A DNA stretch of 63,913 nucleotides, the filler included, from Octopus bimaculoides (lineage: Eukaryota): NCBI RefSeq assembly GCF_001194135.2. It is 5 parts of 5 records of this genome, joined end to end, with 100 filler letters (N's around TTAATTAATTAA, not from the genome) between each part and the next. Parts side by side here need not be neighbours in the genome. Positions count along the whole stretch, not along the records: positions 13,202 to 29,177 come from NC_068990.1; positions 29,278 to 46,021 come from NC_068982.1; 3 more parts are not named here. One strand, 5' to 3'. Position 1 is the stretch's first letter. Every line of letters begins with the position of its first letter. Positions 22,261-34,599 of this stretch are shown piece by piece. The notes below the pieces were generated by a model. It was not told the DNA's origin. It worked only from the letters and a program-made list of their open reading frames with translations, and searched no databases. Made by a program: the position numbers and the translations under genes.

Positions 22261-23981
22261 CAAGAAAAAAAAGAAAACAAAAAGGCAAAAGAGAGTCACT
22301 TACTGTTATAGTTTCTTCAATGAGAATATTGACCAAGGTTACCGTGGTCTTTTCCGTAGGCTTTTCTTTCCACGGCCAAACCTAAACTGTCCTCCCCTCC
22401 TTTTACACGAGAACATTACTGTGTGATTCACGATCCCTATTGATCGGCCTTTCCTTTTTTTTTTTTTCGATCCCTTTTGATCGAACTCCCCCTCTTTCCC
22501 TTCCTACGATCCCTTTTGATCGACAACACCCATTTTTTCTTTTTTTTCCCCTTCCTTCCCCCTCCCAAAAAGAAAAGCTCTACANNNNNNNNNNNNNNNN
22601 NNNNNNNNNNNNNNNNNNNNNNNNNNNNNNNNNNNNNNNNNNNNNNNNNNNNNNNNNNNNNNNNNNNNNNNNNNNNNNNNNNNNCACACACACTCTCGCA
22701 CGCAGGCAAATACACTCACTCACACAAATACATACAAGCACACACACTCTCCCCACTACATCTACACATTTATATAGTGATGACGGTCGTGTTTTACTTT
22801 GTTGTTGATAATGGTGATAAGGAGGTGGTTGTGAGTTTACTCTGGATAATGATGTCGAGGATGCAGGTGACGACAGAGTTTGTGATCTTGTGTTGGAGGT
22901 AATGTTGATTGTGTTAGGGTGAGCAATAATAGTTGTAGTAGTTTCCAGTAGTTTAACTACAGTAGATCTAGTTTCACAAGTCATACTGGGTCTTTAAAGG
23001 GAGAGAGAGAGAAACTCAAAGTGTTGGATAAGTTGGTTGATATAAGTTGTCTTTTTGGTAGAGACGGACTATATGTAATCTGAACCTTTCCCCTCCTTAT
23101 TTATTAATTTTTTTTACGGAATCCCACGTTTTAGGCTATGGAGATTCCGATTCTGAAAAAAAATTGTTTGAAAAATTTCAATTCCCCCCCCCCCCCACCA
23201 AGCAGGCTATTTACATGCTAGAAATAACAGCCAAATCTCACAAAACTAGTGTTAGGGTTAGGTTTAGGGTTAGGGGTACTACTAAAGCAGTAGTTTCCAG
23301 TAGTTTAACTCTGATCGAGCAGTCCTATGAGGGAGACAACTTGGCGTTGTTACATGGCTGCTGGTCAGCCTTCACTCAGCAAGCATTTGATATATAATCA
23401 TAGGGTGGTGGTAATAGTGGTGGTAGAAGTTGCGTTATACGAGACTTTGGCTGTTGTTGTTGCTGTTATGTAACGCTCTATTCTACTTGGAGCCAGCAGT
23501 CTTGAGACACAACGAGTTGTTTTTGTATTGACCTTGGTCAGACCTGATCCAGCAATCATATGGTATGCTGGTAGCAGGTAGATAACCGAACGACAAGGGA
23601 ACCTTTTTCGAGAAGCGGGCCATATGAGACATGGCTCGTCATCAGGCCGACAGCACTACTAAAATTTAAAGAAGGCCGAGCGACAAACCATGGCCTACGG
23701 GATCATCTTTTCAGTTAGTCTAGACACGGGCAACCTTTTTCTAGAAGCGGACCGCGTAAGACATTGCTCATCATCAGGCCGACCGCAGTACAAAAATTCA
23801 TAGGCAATTTTTCATTAAGTGTGATATTCAGAAAGTCCCACAGACCCGGTTCGTCCACAACTGATTTAGACTGTGTATGTCCAACTGAGGACCATACTGT
23901 ACACGGTGATGAATCATGTGGGCTGCGTTGGACGTACTGGGCATGCTGCCCTCCCTTCAATGACAATCTATACTCTTAAAT

Positions 23982-24242
23982 AAAGAAAATAATTGCGTCC
24001 TTTTAAAGCCTAGGCAGGTTCATGGGCCCGGTTTCCCGGTTTCAATGGCGTATGTGTTCCCCAGCTGGACGGGACGCCAGTCCATTGCAGCGTTACTCAC
24101 TTTTGCCAGCTGAATGGACTGGAGCAACGTGAAATGAAGTGTTTTGCTCAAGAACACAGCGCAAAGCCCGGTCCAGGAATCGAAACCACAATCTTACGAT
24201 CATGGTGCTGACACCCTAACCACTAAGCTGCGCGCCTCCACA
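23982..24242 (-). mobile_element. V-SINE-like element, full length, with 14-bp TSD
   Basis: tRNA-like head gcttagtggttagggtg...ggtttcgattcc; aatggactggcgtcccgtccag resembles the V-domain; TSD ctatactcttaaat at 23968-23981 and 24243-24256. Confidence 0.85.
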
Positions 24243-24402
24243 CTATACTCTTAAATGTACTCTTAAATTCTAGGAGTTCCCATAATTACAGGCGAGCAAG
24301 ATTAACTTCCGTGGAACACAACAGTTACTATTTCTCAAAGTTTACATTTTGATGAACTGTTTCCCAATCAGTAAGGATGTAAGTATTTGCATACATATAG
24401 TC

Positions 24403-24614
24403 ACAGTTATTGAGATCCAGAGCGAATCGCAGAAGGTCCTCGACTCGCTTATGGAAAGCGATTTCTAGGACGAATTCCAAAAGTGGCAGAAACGATGGGA
24501 CCGGTGTATCGCGGCGAAAATTAACTATTTCGAAGGAGATGATATTAAAACTTAGTTGAATAAGTTTTCTTTTATTAAACATAACTAGTCCGGGAACTTT
24601 TTGATACCGCCTCG
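24403..24614 (+). mobile_element. Mariner 3' end with TIR
   Basis: IEIQSESQKVLDSLMESDF*DEFQKWQKRWDRCIAAKINYFEGD; ends ggaactttttgataccgcctcg-TA. Confidence 0.85.
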
Positions 24615-24847
24615 TATATATCTAAAATTTCAGCAATAAGAGAGAAATGGGATAAGTGACAAACTTTAAGAAAAGGCAATGATGTCGAACTGATGAACTA
24701 ATTCTTTCATCGTATTGCTCCAGCATGAGCGCAGTTCAATGATTAAAAGAAAGGGAGAAAGTATAAAAAAAGAATATGGTGGTATTAGATCAGACATAGC
24801 CTGGGCCAATAATTCCAAAAACTTAAGTCATATATATATAACACTTG

Positions 24848-25050
24848 TTGAACTGCTAAGTTACAGGCACGTAAAGAAACCAACACTGGTGGTTGGAGCA
24901 AACACAAAGACAAAGCGCTCGCGTGCGCACATGTTCGTCTGTAAAGACGAAGAAATATATACGACGGGCTTTTTTCAGTTTCCATCTACCAAGTGCACAC
25001 ACAAAAGCTTTGGTCGTCCCGAGGTAATAGTACAAAGTACTTGCCCAAAA
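24848..25050 (-). mobile_element. SINE family A, degenerate
   Basis: acgacgggcttttttcagtttccatctacc...acttgcccaa. Confidence 0.7.
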
Positions 25051-25435
25051 AATGAGCTATGAGANNNNNNNNNNNNNNNNNNNNNNNNNNNNNNNNNNNN
25101 NNNNNNNNNNNNNNNNNNNNNNNNNNNNNNNNNNNNNNNNNNNNNNNNNNNNNNNNNNNNNNNNNNNNNNNNNNNNNNNNNNNNNNNNNNNNNNNNNNNN
25201 NNNNNNNNNNNNNNNNNNNNNNNNNNNNNNNNNNNNNNNTATATATATATATATATATTTAATTTAATTATATCAAGGATATAAAATCCTCTTAAAGGGA
25301 TGTTAGCATTCAAGTTCCCCAGTTTTATCCAGTATATCAGTGAAAAACCAGAGATTTTAGTTTCGCAATAATGGATATGGATATATTACCATTTTTATAT
25401 GGGAAGAAGAAAGAAAACGGAGAAATTGATATATA

Positions 25436-25872
25436 GACATTAATTTATTTGAGCATTTTCAATTCCGAACTATATCAAAACCATTGCACGTACAATTGTT
25501 TCCACACCCAACTAAACCAATTTGAGAAATTAAGTTGAATTAAATTTAATTTTCACATTGAATATCATTAATTGGGCATTTCGTCGGGGGAAGAATTTGA
25601 TATAAAGGCGCTATATTCCAATGTGTTGTTTAACCCTTGTTAGACTCAGATATGTGCACACATATGAGTCTAACAAGGGTCAAAAAACACATTGGAATGT
25701 AGCTCCCTTCTATCAAATTCTTCTTCTAACGAAATGCCCAGTTAATGATATTTGATATGGAAATTTGATTTAATTTAATTTCTTAAATTGAATTGAGGGA
25801 GCATGGAAAAAATCGTCGGTGTAATGAGTTTGATATTGTTCGGAATTGATAATGTTCTAATAAAATGATGTC
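25436..25872. mobile_element. Long foldback palindrome with arms of about 220 bp and no spacer; right arm runs into a gap
   Basis: cccttgttagactca / tgagtctaacaaggg; caattccgaac / gttcggaattg; centre tgtgcaca at about 25656. Confidence 0.85.
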
Positions 25873-27227
25873 NNNNNNNNNNNNNNNNNNNNNNNNNNNN
25901 NNNNNNNNNNNNNNNNNNNNNNNNNNNNNNNNNNNNNNNNNNNNNNNNNNNNNNNNNNNNNNNNNNNNNNNNNNNNNNNNNNNNNNNNNNNNNNNNNNNN
26001 NNNNNNNNNNNNNNNNNNNNNNNNNNNNNNNNNNNNNNNNNNNNNNNNNNNNNNNNNNNNNNNNNNNNNNNNNNNNNNNNNNNNNNNNNNNNNNNNNNNN
26101 NNNNNNNNNNNNNNNNNNNNNNNNNNNNNNNNNNNNNNNNNNNNNNNNNNNNNNNNNNNNNNNNNNNNNNNNNNNNNNNNNNNNNNNNNNNNNNNNNNNN
26201 NNNNNNNNNNNNNNNNNNNNNNNNNNNNNNNNNNNNNNNNNNNNNNNNNNNNNNNNNNNNNNNNNNNNNNNNNNNNNNNNNNNNNNNNNNNNNNNNNNNN
26301 NNNNNNNNNNNNNNNNNNNNNNNNNNNNNNNNNNNNNNNNNNNNNNNNNNNNNNNNNNNNNNNNNNNNNNNNNNNNNNNNNNNNNNNNNNNNNNNNNNNN
26401 NNNNNNNNNNNNNNNNNNNNNNNNNNNNNNNNNNNNNNNNNNNNNNNNNNNNNNNNNNNNNNNNNNNNNNNNNNNNNNNNNNNNNNNNNNNNNNNNNNNN
26501 NNNNNNNNNNNNNNNNNNNNNNNNNNNNNNNNNNNNNNNNNNNNNNNNNNNNNNNNNNNNNNNNNNNNNNNNNNNNNNNNNNNNNNNNNNNNNNNNNNNN
26601 NNNNNNNNNNNNNNNNNNNNNNNNNNNNNNNNNNNNNNNNNNNNNNNNNNNNNNNNNNNNNNNNNNNNNNNNNNNNNNNNNNNNNNNNNNNNNNNNNNNN
26701 NNNNNNNNNNNNNNNNNNNNNNNNNNNNNNNNNNNNNNNNNNNNNNNNNNNNNNNNNNNNNNNNNNNNNNNNNNNNNNNNNNNNNNNNNNNNNNNNNNNT
26801 AGAACATGTTTCAATAATGATTATAACAAATATGAACGTAAAAACCTTTTTGTGCGGCACTGGGGCTTTGTTCCCTCTTCACAAACACAGAAACACTTTA
26901 GTTCATAGACATCTATATATCTGTTGGACTTATACTGTTGTTGTCGTTGTTGTTATGTTGCTGTTCTTCTCGATGGTGGTGGTGGTGGTGGTGGTGGTAG
27001 TGGTGGTGTTTTTGCAGTTGTCATTGATGTTGCTGTCGTCGATGTTCCCATTTTGGTCGTTGTATTTGTTGTCCTTTTTGATGTATTTGTTATTGTTGTT
27101 GTTGTTATCGTGCTTGTCGATTTAGTTGTTGTTTTACATGTCTTTTATTCACTGATTTCATAGTTGTTTTTTGTTTTTTTTACGTTGTTTCCTTTTTGTT
27201 TGTTTTTCATCATTTCTTTTGCTAATA

Positions 27228-28020
27228 AGTGGCAAGCTGGCAGAATCATTAGCATGCTGGGCGAAATGCTTAGCAGCATTTCGTTCGTCTTTTTGTTCTG
27301 AGTTCAAATTCCACCGAGGTCGACTTTGGGTTTTCATCCTTTCGAAGCGGATAAAATAAGTACCAGCTGAGCAATGGTGCCGTAAAATTCAGGCCATGTG
27401 CCTGTAGTAAAAAGGATTATTATTGTTGTCATTATTATTAAGGGGGCGAGCTGGCAGAATCGTTAACACACCGGGTAAAATACCTAGCTGTATTTCGTCC
27501 ATCCTCTACGTTCTGAGTTCAAATTCCGCTGAGGTCAATTTGTCTTTTATCCTTTCGGAGTCGATAAAATAAGTACCAATTGAACATTGGGTCGACCTAC
27601 TCGACTTACCTCTCCATCGAAGTTGCTGGCCTTGTGCCGCAATTTGAAATCAATAAAGAGGTGAGCCGGCAGAATCATTAGTACGCTGGGCAAAAGCTAA
27701 GCGGTATTTCGTCCGTCTTTACATTCTGAGTTCAAATTCCGCCGAGATCAACTTTGCCTTTCATCCTTTCGGAGCCTATAAAATAAAGCAGCATTCAATT
27801 ACTGGGTTCAATGTAATCGATTTGTCCTACCGCTCGATATTGCTATCCTTGTGCCAAAATTAGAAAGAATTATTTTAATGTTAAGAAAATTGCGATCTGG
27901 CAGAATCGTTAGAATTTCGAATAAAATGTTTAATTGTATTTCTTCCGACACATTGCCTTCTGAGTTCAAATTCTGCTGGCGTCAATTTTGTCTTTCATTC
28001 CCCCACATCGGGGTCCATAA
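27228..28020 (+). mobile_element. Four tandem SINE family B copies
   Basis: Heads at about 27228, 27442, 27657 and 27895. Confidence 0.85.
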
Positions 28021-28024
28021 AACA

Positions 28025-28190
28025 AATACAAGTCTACTTTGATTAGTTCATTTAGTATCCAGTTAAGGATATTGTAGCTGTAACTTATAACTGGGACGGC
28101 TAGAGTGTTGATACCTATCACCTTGTATTTCGCACTGAGCTCTGTTTTCAATATTAATCTAACTCGTCTATAGCTTTCTTTTTCATTTGT
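28025..28190 (-). mobile_element. R4/Dong-like LINE RT-distal fragment
   Basis: YRRVRLILKTELSAKYKVIGINTLAVPVISYSYNILNW. Confidence 0.75.
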
Positions 28191-28211
28191 GTTATTATTA
28201 TTATTATTATA

Positions 28212-28243
<32 letters not shown>

Positions 28244-28263
28244 GGTTGTTGTTGTTGTTGTTA

Positions 28264-28330
<67 letters not shown>

Positions 28331-28345
28331 CATCATTATTATTAT
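28191..28345. repeat. (ATT)n/(GTT)n microsatellite
   Basis: Read directly. Confidence 0.95.
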
Positions 28346-28990
28346 AAGAAAATTATTATGTGCTTCTTTAGTTCAGATGTTACCTTGAGATTTTGTGATA
28401 ACAAATTTCTTCAAATTTCAAGAATCTTTCTTAGGCATTTTGCAGAATAGAGGATGGCACATTTCTGCAGGTCGACGTTGCATGTCTTAATTCCAGTATC
28501 CTTTAACCTCTTTAGGTATTGTACCAAACGCTCCAATTACTACATGAGCAATCGTTACCTTTATCTTAGCCACGTCTTCATTTCCTTGGCTAGGTCCAAA
28601 TATTTCTGAATTTTCTCATTTTCTTTGGTATCCACTCAATTATCATATAAGAAAAGTGCATGATCTTACTTTATCTCATTTTGTCCTCTACAGTCTTATC
28701 TCGCTTCCTTACTCCAACAGTATGATTAATCTTTATGGGGGTATTCCGGTAACTAACATTCACCAACAGTCCTTGCTCGTGATAATACCACTTTTCTGAT
28801 ATTTTAAATCCATGCTTTCGGCGAGCATCAAACTACACTCTTATCGGCACTGTCACACAGTCATGTCTGCCTCGCCGGTTTTTCTTTGTGTGCTAACTTA
28901 CTGCATACACAGCAGAAATAGTGGATATTTTCGTCTCCTTGTCCACAGATTCTGCGTTTGCTGTCTTTGTCAGTTTTCTCAATTTTTCTC
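28346..28990 (-). mobile_element. R4/Dong-like LINE 3' end (zinc knuckle, restriction-like endonuclease, 3'UTR)
   Basis: RICGQGDENIHYFCCVCSKLAHKE..RRHD; ENEKIQKYLDLA; VVIGAFGTIPK..LQKCAILYSAKCLRKILEI*; abuts (AAT)n. Confidence 0.75.
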
Positions 28991-29048
28991 TTTCTCCAGT
29001 TCATTGTAATCACTTGTTTCCGATCAGCTGTTGTTGTTATTATTATTA

Positions 29049-29177
29049 AGGCGGCGAGCTGGCAGAATCGTTAGCACACCGGATAAACTGCTTAGCGGCA
29101 TTTCGTCCGTCTTTACCTTCTGAGTTCAAATGTCACCGGAGTCGACTTTGCTTTTTATCCTTTCGGGGGTAGATAAA
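29049..29177 (+). mobile_element. SINE family B, cut by the linker
   Basis: ggcggcgagctggcagaatcgttagcac... Confidence 0.85.
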
Positions 29178-29277
29178 NNNNNNNNNNNNNNNNNNNNNNN
29201 NNNNNNNNNNNNNNNNNNNNNTTAATTAATTAANNNNNNNNNNNNNNNNNNNNNNNNNNNNNNNNNNNNNNNNNNNN

Positions 29278-29545
29278 CTTCTGCAAGTTCTTTCATTCAA
29301 GTATTCTTTCCCATAAACTGAGTGTATGTTTTGAGTCGCTTCAGCTGCAGAGTTTCCTTTTTTGTACTCATAAAGCGTTATGTGCCTTAAATGCTCTTTG
29401 GATACTTGCATGTTAGAAAGGGTTTTAATCAAAGAAATTTTAATTCTATTATTCTGTAAAATAATATTTAATTAGTTTAAATGCGTGCATGTTTGCGCGT
29501 AATCCGATTGTCCCTATTGATAAAAGTTGCACAATTATCTGTAAA
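29278..29545 (-). mobile_element. Mariner 5' end (transposase N-terminus), cut by the linker
   Basis: MQVSKEHLRHITLYEYKKGNSAAEATQNIHSVYGKEYLNERTCR. Confidence 0.85.
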
Positions 29546-30169
29546 AATCCATGATTTTATTTTTTATATAATTTCTTCCTACAAGTTCTTCCTTTTATCT
29601 TATGGGACTGTCTTTTGCTACTTCAAATGTTGCAAGAGTCTGGTGCTTCAGTGAGTCGAAGAAGAGATTGCTTTCCAGTCGCATTCTATTTTTCACAAAA
29701 AAAAAAAAAATTAAATATCTGCTGACAGCAACTTCTTTCACATATTACAAAACTCACTTCGCCTTATCAGGAACAACACCTGAAACTTCGTCATTTCAGA
29801 CTTTTCCAGGATGACGATTCTTCAGCTGAGATATCCATGAATGATGAATCTTCAAGTGGCAACACCTGGAGTGATAATGTGTCAGTACGATGTGGGTAGG
29901 AGTCAGGTAGAAGCCATAACACTAACACGTTTCACTTATTCATCACCATACAAAAATCACTATCTCCACCTTCACCCCCAGAAAACAGCAACAAAATCAC
30001 CACCAATATTACTTCCGCTACCATTTCAAATGAAGATATACTGAAATGTAGATACTGATAGAAATAGGAAATTCTCACAGCTGGAGCTCTTTTGAACATA
30101 GGTCTACTTGTACAAAACTGACCTGGGGTTAAACGGCAACAATAACTGTGTAGACAATATTTTGCAATA

Positions 30170-30350
30170 TCGTGTGATCACGTGACCGACCAGGCTATCA
30201 GATGTTGTTATACATCGCTGGTCACAATGCGATTTTTGCATTGTTTTAGCCTTCAGATGACGCCACCCCGCTGGCTAGGCGAGCAGGCCAACATTTCCCC
30301 TTGATCGAGTGGGGGATTGGAGCAAATTGAAATGAAGTGTTTTGCTCAAT
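30170..30350 (-). mobile_element. SINE variant sharing the V-SINE-like central module but with a different 3' part
   Basis: gaaatgaagtgttttgctcaa also at 24130-24150. Confidence 0.6.
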
Positions 30351-33300
30351 CAGTCACACGCCTTCACTGTTTTGCAATATAATCTATTTAATTATTTGAG
30401 CTTTAATTAATTTGGGAAAACGGTGTATTGTTTCGTAATTTTTCTTCAAATTTTCACAATGGAATAGATTTATATTGTCATATACTCGGAAGTCGGTTGG
30501 TGTGACAATTTTTCAGACGGTTGCGCGGCAACAAGTGAATATACATTACAAAAAATGATTTCCAGCTTGGTGTCAATTGCGGAGATAATAATTCCACTTT
30601 GTTTGCAATCGAATTTCAGCTGTTTTGTTACAATATTGACAAATACTTTCCAGCTGTCGTAATTAAAAGCATTAAATTTCCCCTGAGGTCGACTTTGTCT
30701 TTCATCCTTTTGAGGTCGACAAAATAAGTACCAGTTGAACACTTGGATCAATTTAATCGACTTATTCCCTCCCCAAAACCTACCGGCCTAGTACGAAATT
30801 TTGAAACCATTCTTAAATGCAGCAGAATTGTATTTGTTGTTTTCTTTTTCTTGCTTTTTTTTTTTTTAAAGGAAAGACAAACGTAACGCAAACAACTGAC
30901 GAGCATTGTACATCTTTCTCTGAGACGTCTTATCTGTAGATGACAACGTATTAGTTTTTAACGACATAATCCTGCAATCGTAATTGCTTTATCGGAATAA
31001 TTGTACTCCTGTAACGATGCTGCTGATTTACTAAGAAAATGAATAAATGAACAGTGAAAAATAACATAAAATCAGAAAAATCTTCGTCTTTCACTGATTA
31101 ATATGCACGCATAGTGTGTCCATAAAAGAAACTATATTCATATTGAATTCAACATCATGAAAGTGATATCGTTTGCACATGCCTGCAGGTCTTGCAACGC
31201 CCCTATTCAGGCAGGATACCCCTCAACTAGCTTACGCAGTAATCGTCCAAAAACCAAAGCATACAGAAACGGTGGCTAGATTTGGCGAGCATCACACAGG
31301 TCTGTGCGCATTCGACCACACTACGAACAACACAACAAAAATCCTAAAGTCTTCACGAAATTGTCGAATGTGTTGCCCTTTTTTCGCGTCCTTACTCTGC
31401 ACTACTATCACTCCCCGGCTATTACGACCAGGAATATTCCCATCCTGTTTTCATTTGCAATAAAGATCTACCGTGAGAGGGCAAGGAATTTTCGTTTATA
31501 TTCATAAAGATCGTAAAAAACAGCCCCTATCTAAACCAGGTATATCTCAACTGCCGTCACTGGTTTTTCGCAACATTCTACATTTTCTGCCCCGATTCAT
31601 GGCAGGCCATTACGGTAAGCATTAGCGTTTACGATTTCACCATCTCCAGTCTACTACTATCTTGCCAAAGGAAGAATATTATATGGAGCATTAAAGCTAT
31701 AGCATTTGGCCATGGTGCATTGAACTAAAATCTAGCAAACTTTGGCCTGCTTGGGAAATAAAACAGACTTCTGTTGCACAATAAATCTGATTCTTAATTA
31801 CACTCTTTCTAACCATTGAGTGTGAGGGAGAAGGTAATTACTAATGTAACCCACTACCTTTCCGACTGATGTGAAGAACCTCTGCATGTCTTTGTTGATT
31901 ATGGTCGTACAAATTGTAACAACATCTGATTGTATCGGTAGCAACAAAATTATCAGAAAAAATTAGATTAGATTTTAACGGCCAAAGTCTAAATCTAAAG
32001 CAGCAGAATAAATAGAAATACTGATGATGCACAAGTCAACCAGAGTGAACTGCCATTGAAGCCTACTTTTACATGGTCAATATTTCGACGAAGTGAATAA
32101 ACCATATAAATGAATATAAACTAATTATGGCCAGGTTGTGAGCAACATGAGCAACAGCATTTGCGATACAGAAGCAGGCCATTAGCACTAGACCTTCTGA
32201 AAGAAATACCCACAATTTCTGCACTATGAATAACAATGTTATCTATGTGGCATATTTTTTGAAACAGCATGTTGTATCAGAATACCCAACGTGAGTTCCA
32301 ACAAAATATACTTCTATAATTTGGGTTTCCACATAGTTTCCGTCCAATAAATTCCATTCACAATGTTTTGGTGAAACCAAGGCTATGGTAGAAGACACTT
32401 TCCTACAGTGTCGCAGGATTAAACTGAAGACCATCTCAGGAAGCTAACTTCCTCAATCACATAGCTGTCTTTTTGCATTCAATGGACAGTCAATAGCGCA
32501 ACATTGCTGCACTTTGAAGAGAAAGTAAAAATGGCTCTATAACACTCACATAAATTTCCGCCTCCGTTAAAAACAACAATGCCAAAATATAATGGAACTT
32601 TAGTATACTGACATATCAGCAGACAACATTATTCTAAGACTCGCATAATTTTTTCATGACGCATAATTTTTCATAGATTTATTTTATTGTTAAATTTTGT
32701 TTTAAACATTCTTTTAACAGAATTTTAAGGTGAAATCGACACAACAATGTCAAATGACTTTAACGTTGTATAGTGAAGAATTACACCGACCTAACAGTTG
32801 AATTAAAACTATTCTAGCAGTTAAAGTGTATATTTGTGATCCATTTATAATTGGCACAACTATAGACATACGTAACCACTTCTGTAAAGGCAATAGGCAC
32901 GTGCCAGAAAATATTGATGCTAAGGTTTATTAATACTTTCTTATAGCTACCCACGTACGTGTATGTATATATACGTGTGTGTGTGAGAATATAATGGGGA
33001 ATTAGAGAGGAAGAGAAGCCGATTATTCTCAAGTTGATATTTTTAGTAATTCAGTATTTTTCAAATGTTTATATTAAACGTTTATAATTTGTTCGATATC
33101 GATACATTCCCCAGATCCATTGACATCTTCAAGGTATAACTGTTCTTATATCTGAAATCCTATTTTTAGCAAAGTGGCAACAATGGTGTGTCTGTTTCTC
33201 ATTCGTTATCGCTGTAGCTCAAATCATCAAATCGCCGGAGTCAGGTTTCTTTCAGCAATCATTAAATCGTTTGGCCGTGGTATCTGGTATCATGAATTTA

Positions 33301-33501
33301 TTACCAGCAGACACTATCTCTGTCTGTTGAGTTTTGAGTTATATTTTGCTATCTTGTGCTAATGACATAAATCAATATTAATTCCATATCTGTGTCATGA
33401 GTTAGCTGAAACAAAAAAAAAGAAAGAAAGAAAAAAAAGGGAAAGAAAACGGTTGAATTTCGACGAATATAATAATCTTCNNNNNNNNNNTTCTTCTTCT
33501 T

Positions 33502-33566
<65 letters not shown>

Positions 33567-33654
33567 GTCGAGTAATGGAGTCGATGTAATCGACTATCCC
33601 CCTCTCCTCAAAATTCTGGTCTTGTGCCTATTATAGAAAGGGTTATTATTTTTA

Positions 33655-33940
33655 AGGCGGTGAGCTGGCAAAATCGTTAGCACGCTGGTCGTGAGTTCGA
33701 TACGTTGTCTCCTTGAGTAAGACACTTTATTTTCACATTGCCCCAATTCACTCAGATGGCAAAAATGAGTAGTACCTGTATCTCAAAAGGCCAGCCTTGT
33801 CACACTCTGTGTCTCGCTAAATCTCCCTCAGTACACGTGCCTTAAGAGTACTCAACTACTTGCACATTAATTTCACGTTCAGACTGTTCCCTTCATCAGA
33901 TCAACTGGAATACTCATCGTTGTAACCGACGGAATGCCAT
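33655..33940 (+). mobile_element. Chimeric SINE: B head + V-SINE-like central module + family C 3' half
   Basis: ggcggtgagctggcaaaatcgttagcacg | ttgagtaagacactttattttcacattg | ggccagccttgtcacact...gatcaactggaa. Confidence 0.65.
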
Positions 33941-34599
33941 TGTGTAGTTGTTAATTAACTACTGTACTGTGTAACATTACCAGTTGTAAGCTTCAGAGAA
34001 AAAGTAGGGAAAATAAGGGCTAACACAAGCTTACATTAAAGTTTCTTCTCGCGTTTCACCATTATCGTTGTTTGGATCCCTGCAATAGAAGTTCCATTTT
34101 CGGTTTCTTCCCCTGTAAGCGTATGTGTAAACATTTGCGCTCTTCCTACAGCACAAGGAGTATTTTACTTCTATTTCTAGCAATGTAGGTATTTCGTCAC
34201 CCTTAGCCACAGTGACGACTGAATTTTTCCTTCGTGGTATTATACTGCACCTAGCTGTTTATATATATATATATATATATATATATTATCATGTATATTG
34301 AGAGACCTTCGGTCTATATACAGATCATGAACCGATAAAGTAAGTACCATTCAAATACTGGGGATGGTATAATCTATTATTTACTCTGACCTTGTGTCTA
34401 TATTAGAAACTAATATCAGTTCTATGGCGGGACCAGTGATTGGAACAGGTTGGCTATGGCTCTCTTCCTTTTAACTTTTAGTCTCGAGGGCCTTTATTTT
34501 ATATCATATCAGGGGCGATAAAATTAGTAGTGATAAAAGTATAGAGAAAATTTGTGGTGTTGTACTAATTTTAGATATCAATATTAGTTACATGTAGGG

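Noticed and set aside
23594-23800. ctgatga on the minus strand within two tandem gggcaacctttt units
   Set aside because: No GAAA or stem arrangement for a hammerhead; more likely duplicated hAT-MITE ends.
31173-31620. Possible Helitron helicase (NIPILFSFAIKI) or LRR-like (ISQLPSLVFRNIL) peptide
   Set aside because: Similarity is limited to a few residues and needs frameshifts; not supportable without a profile search.
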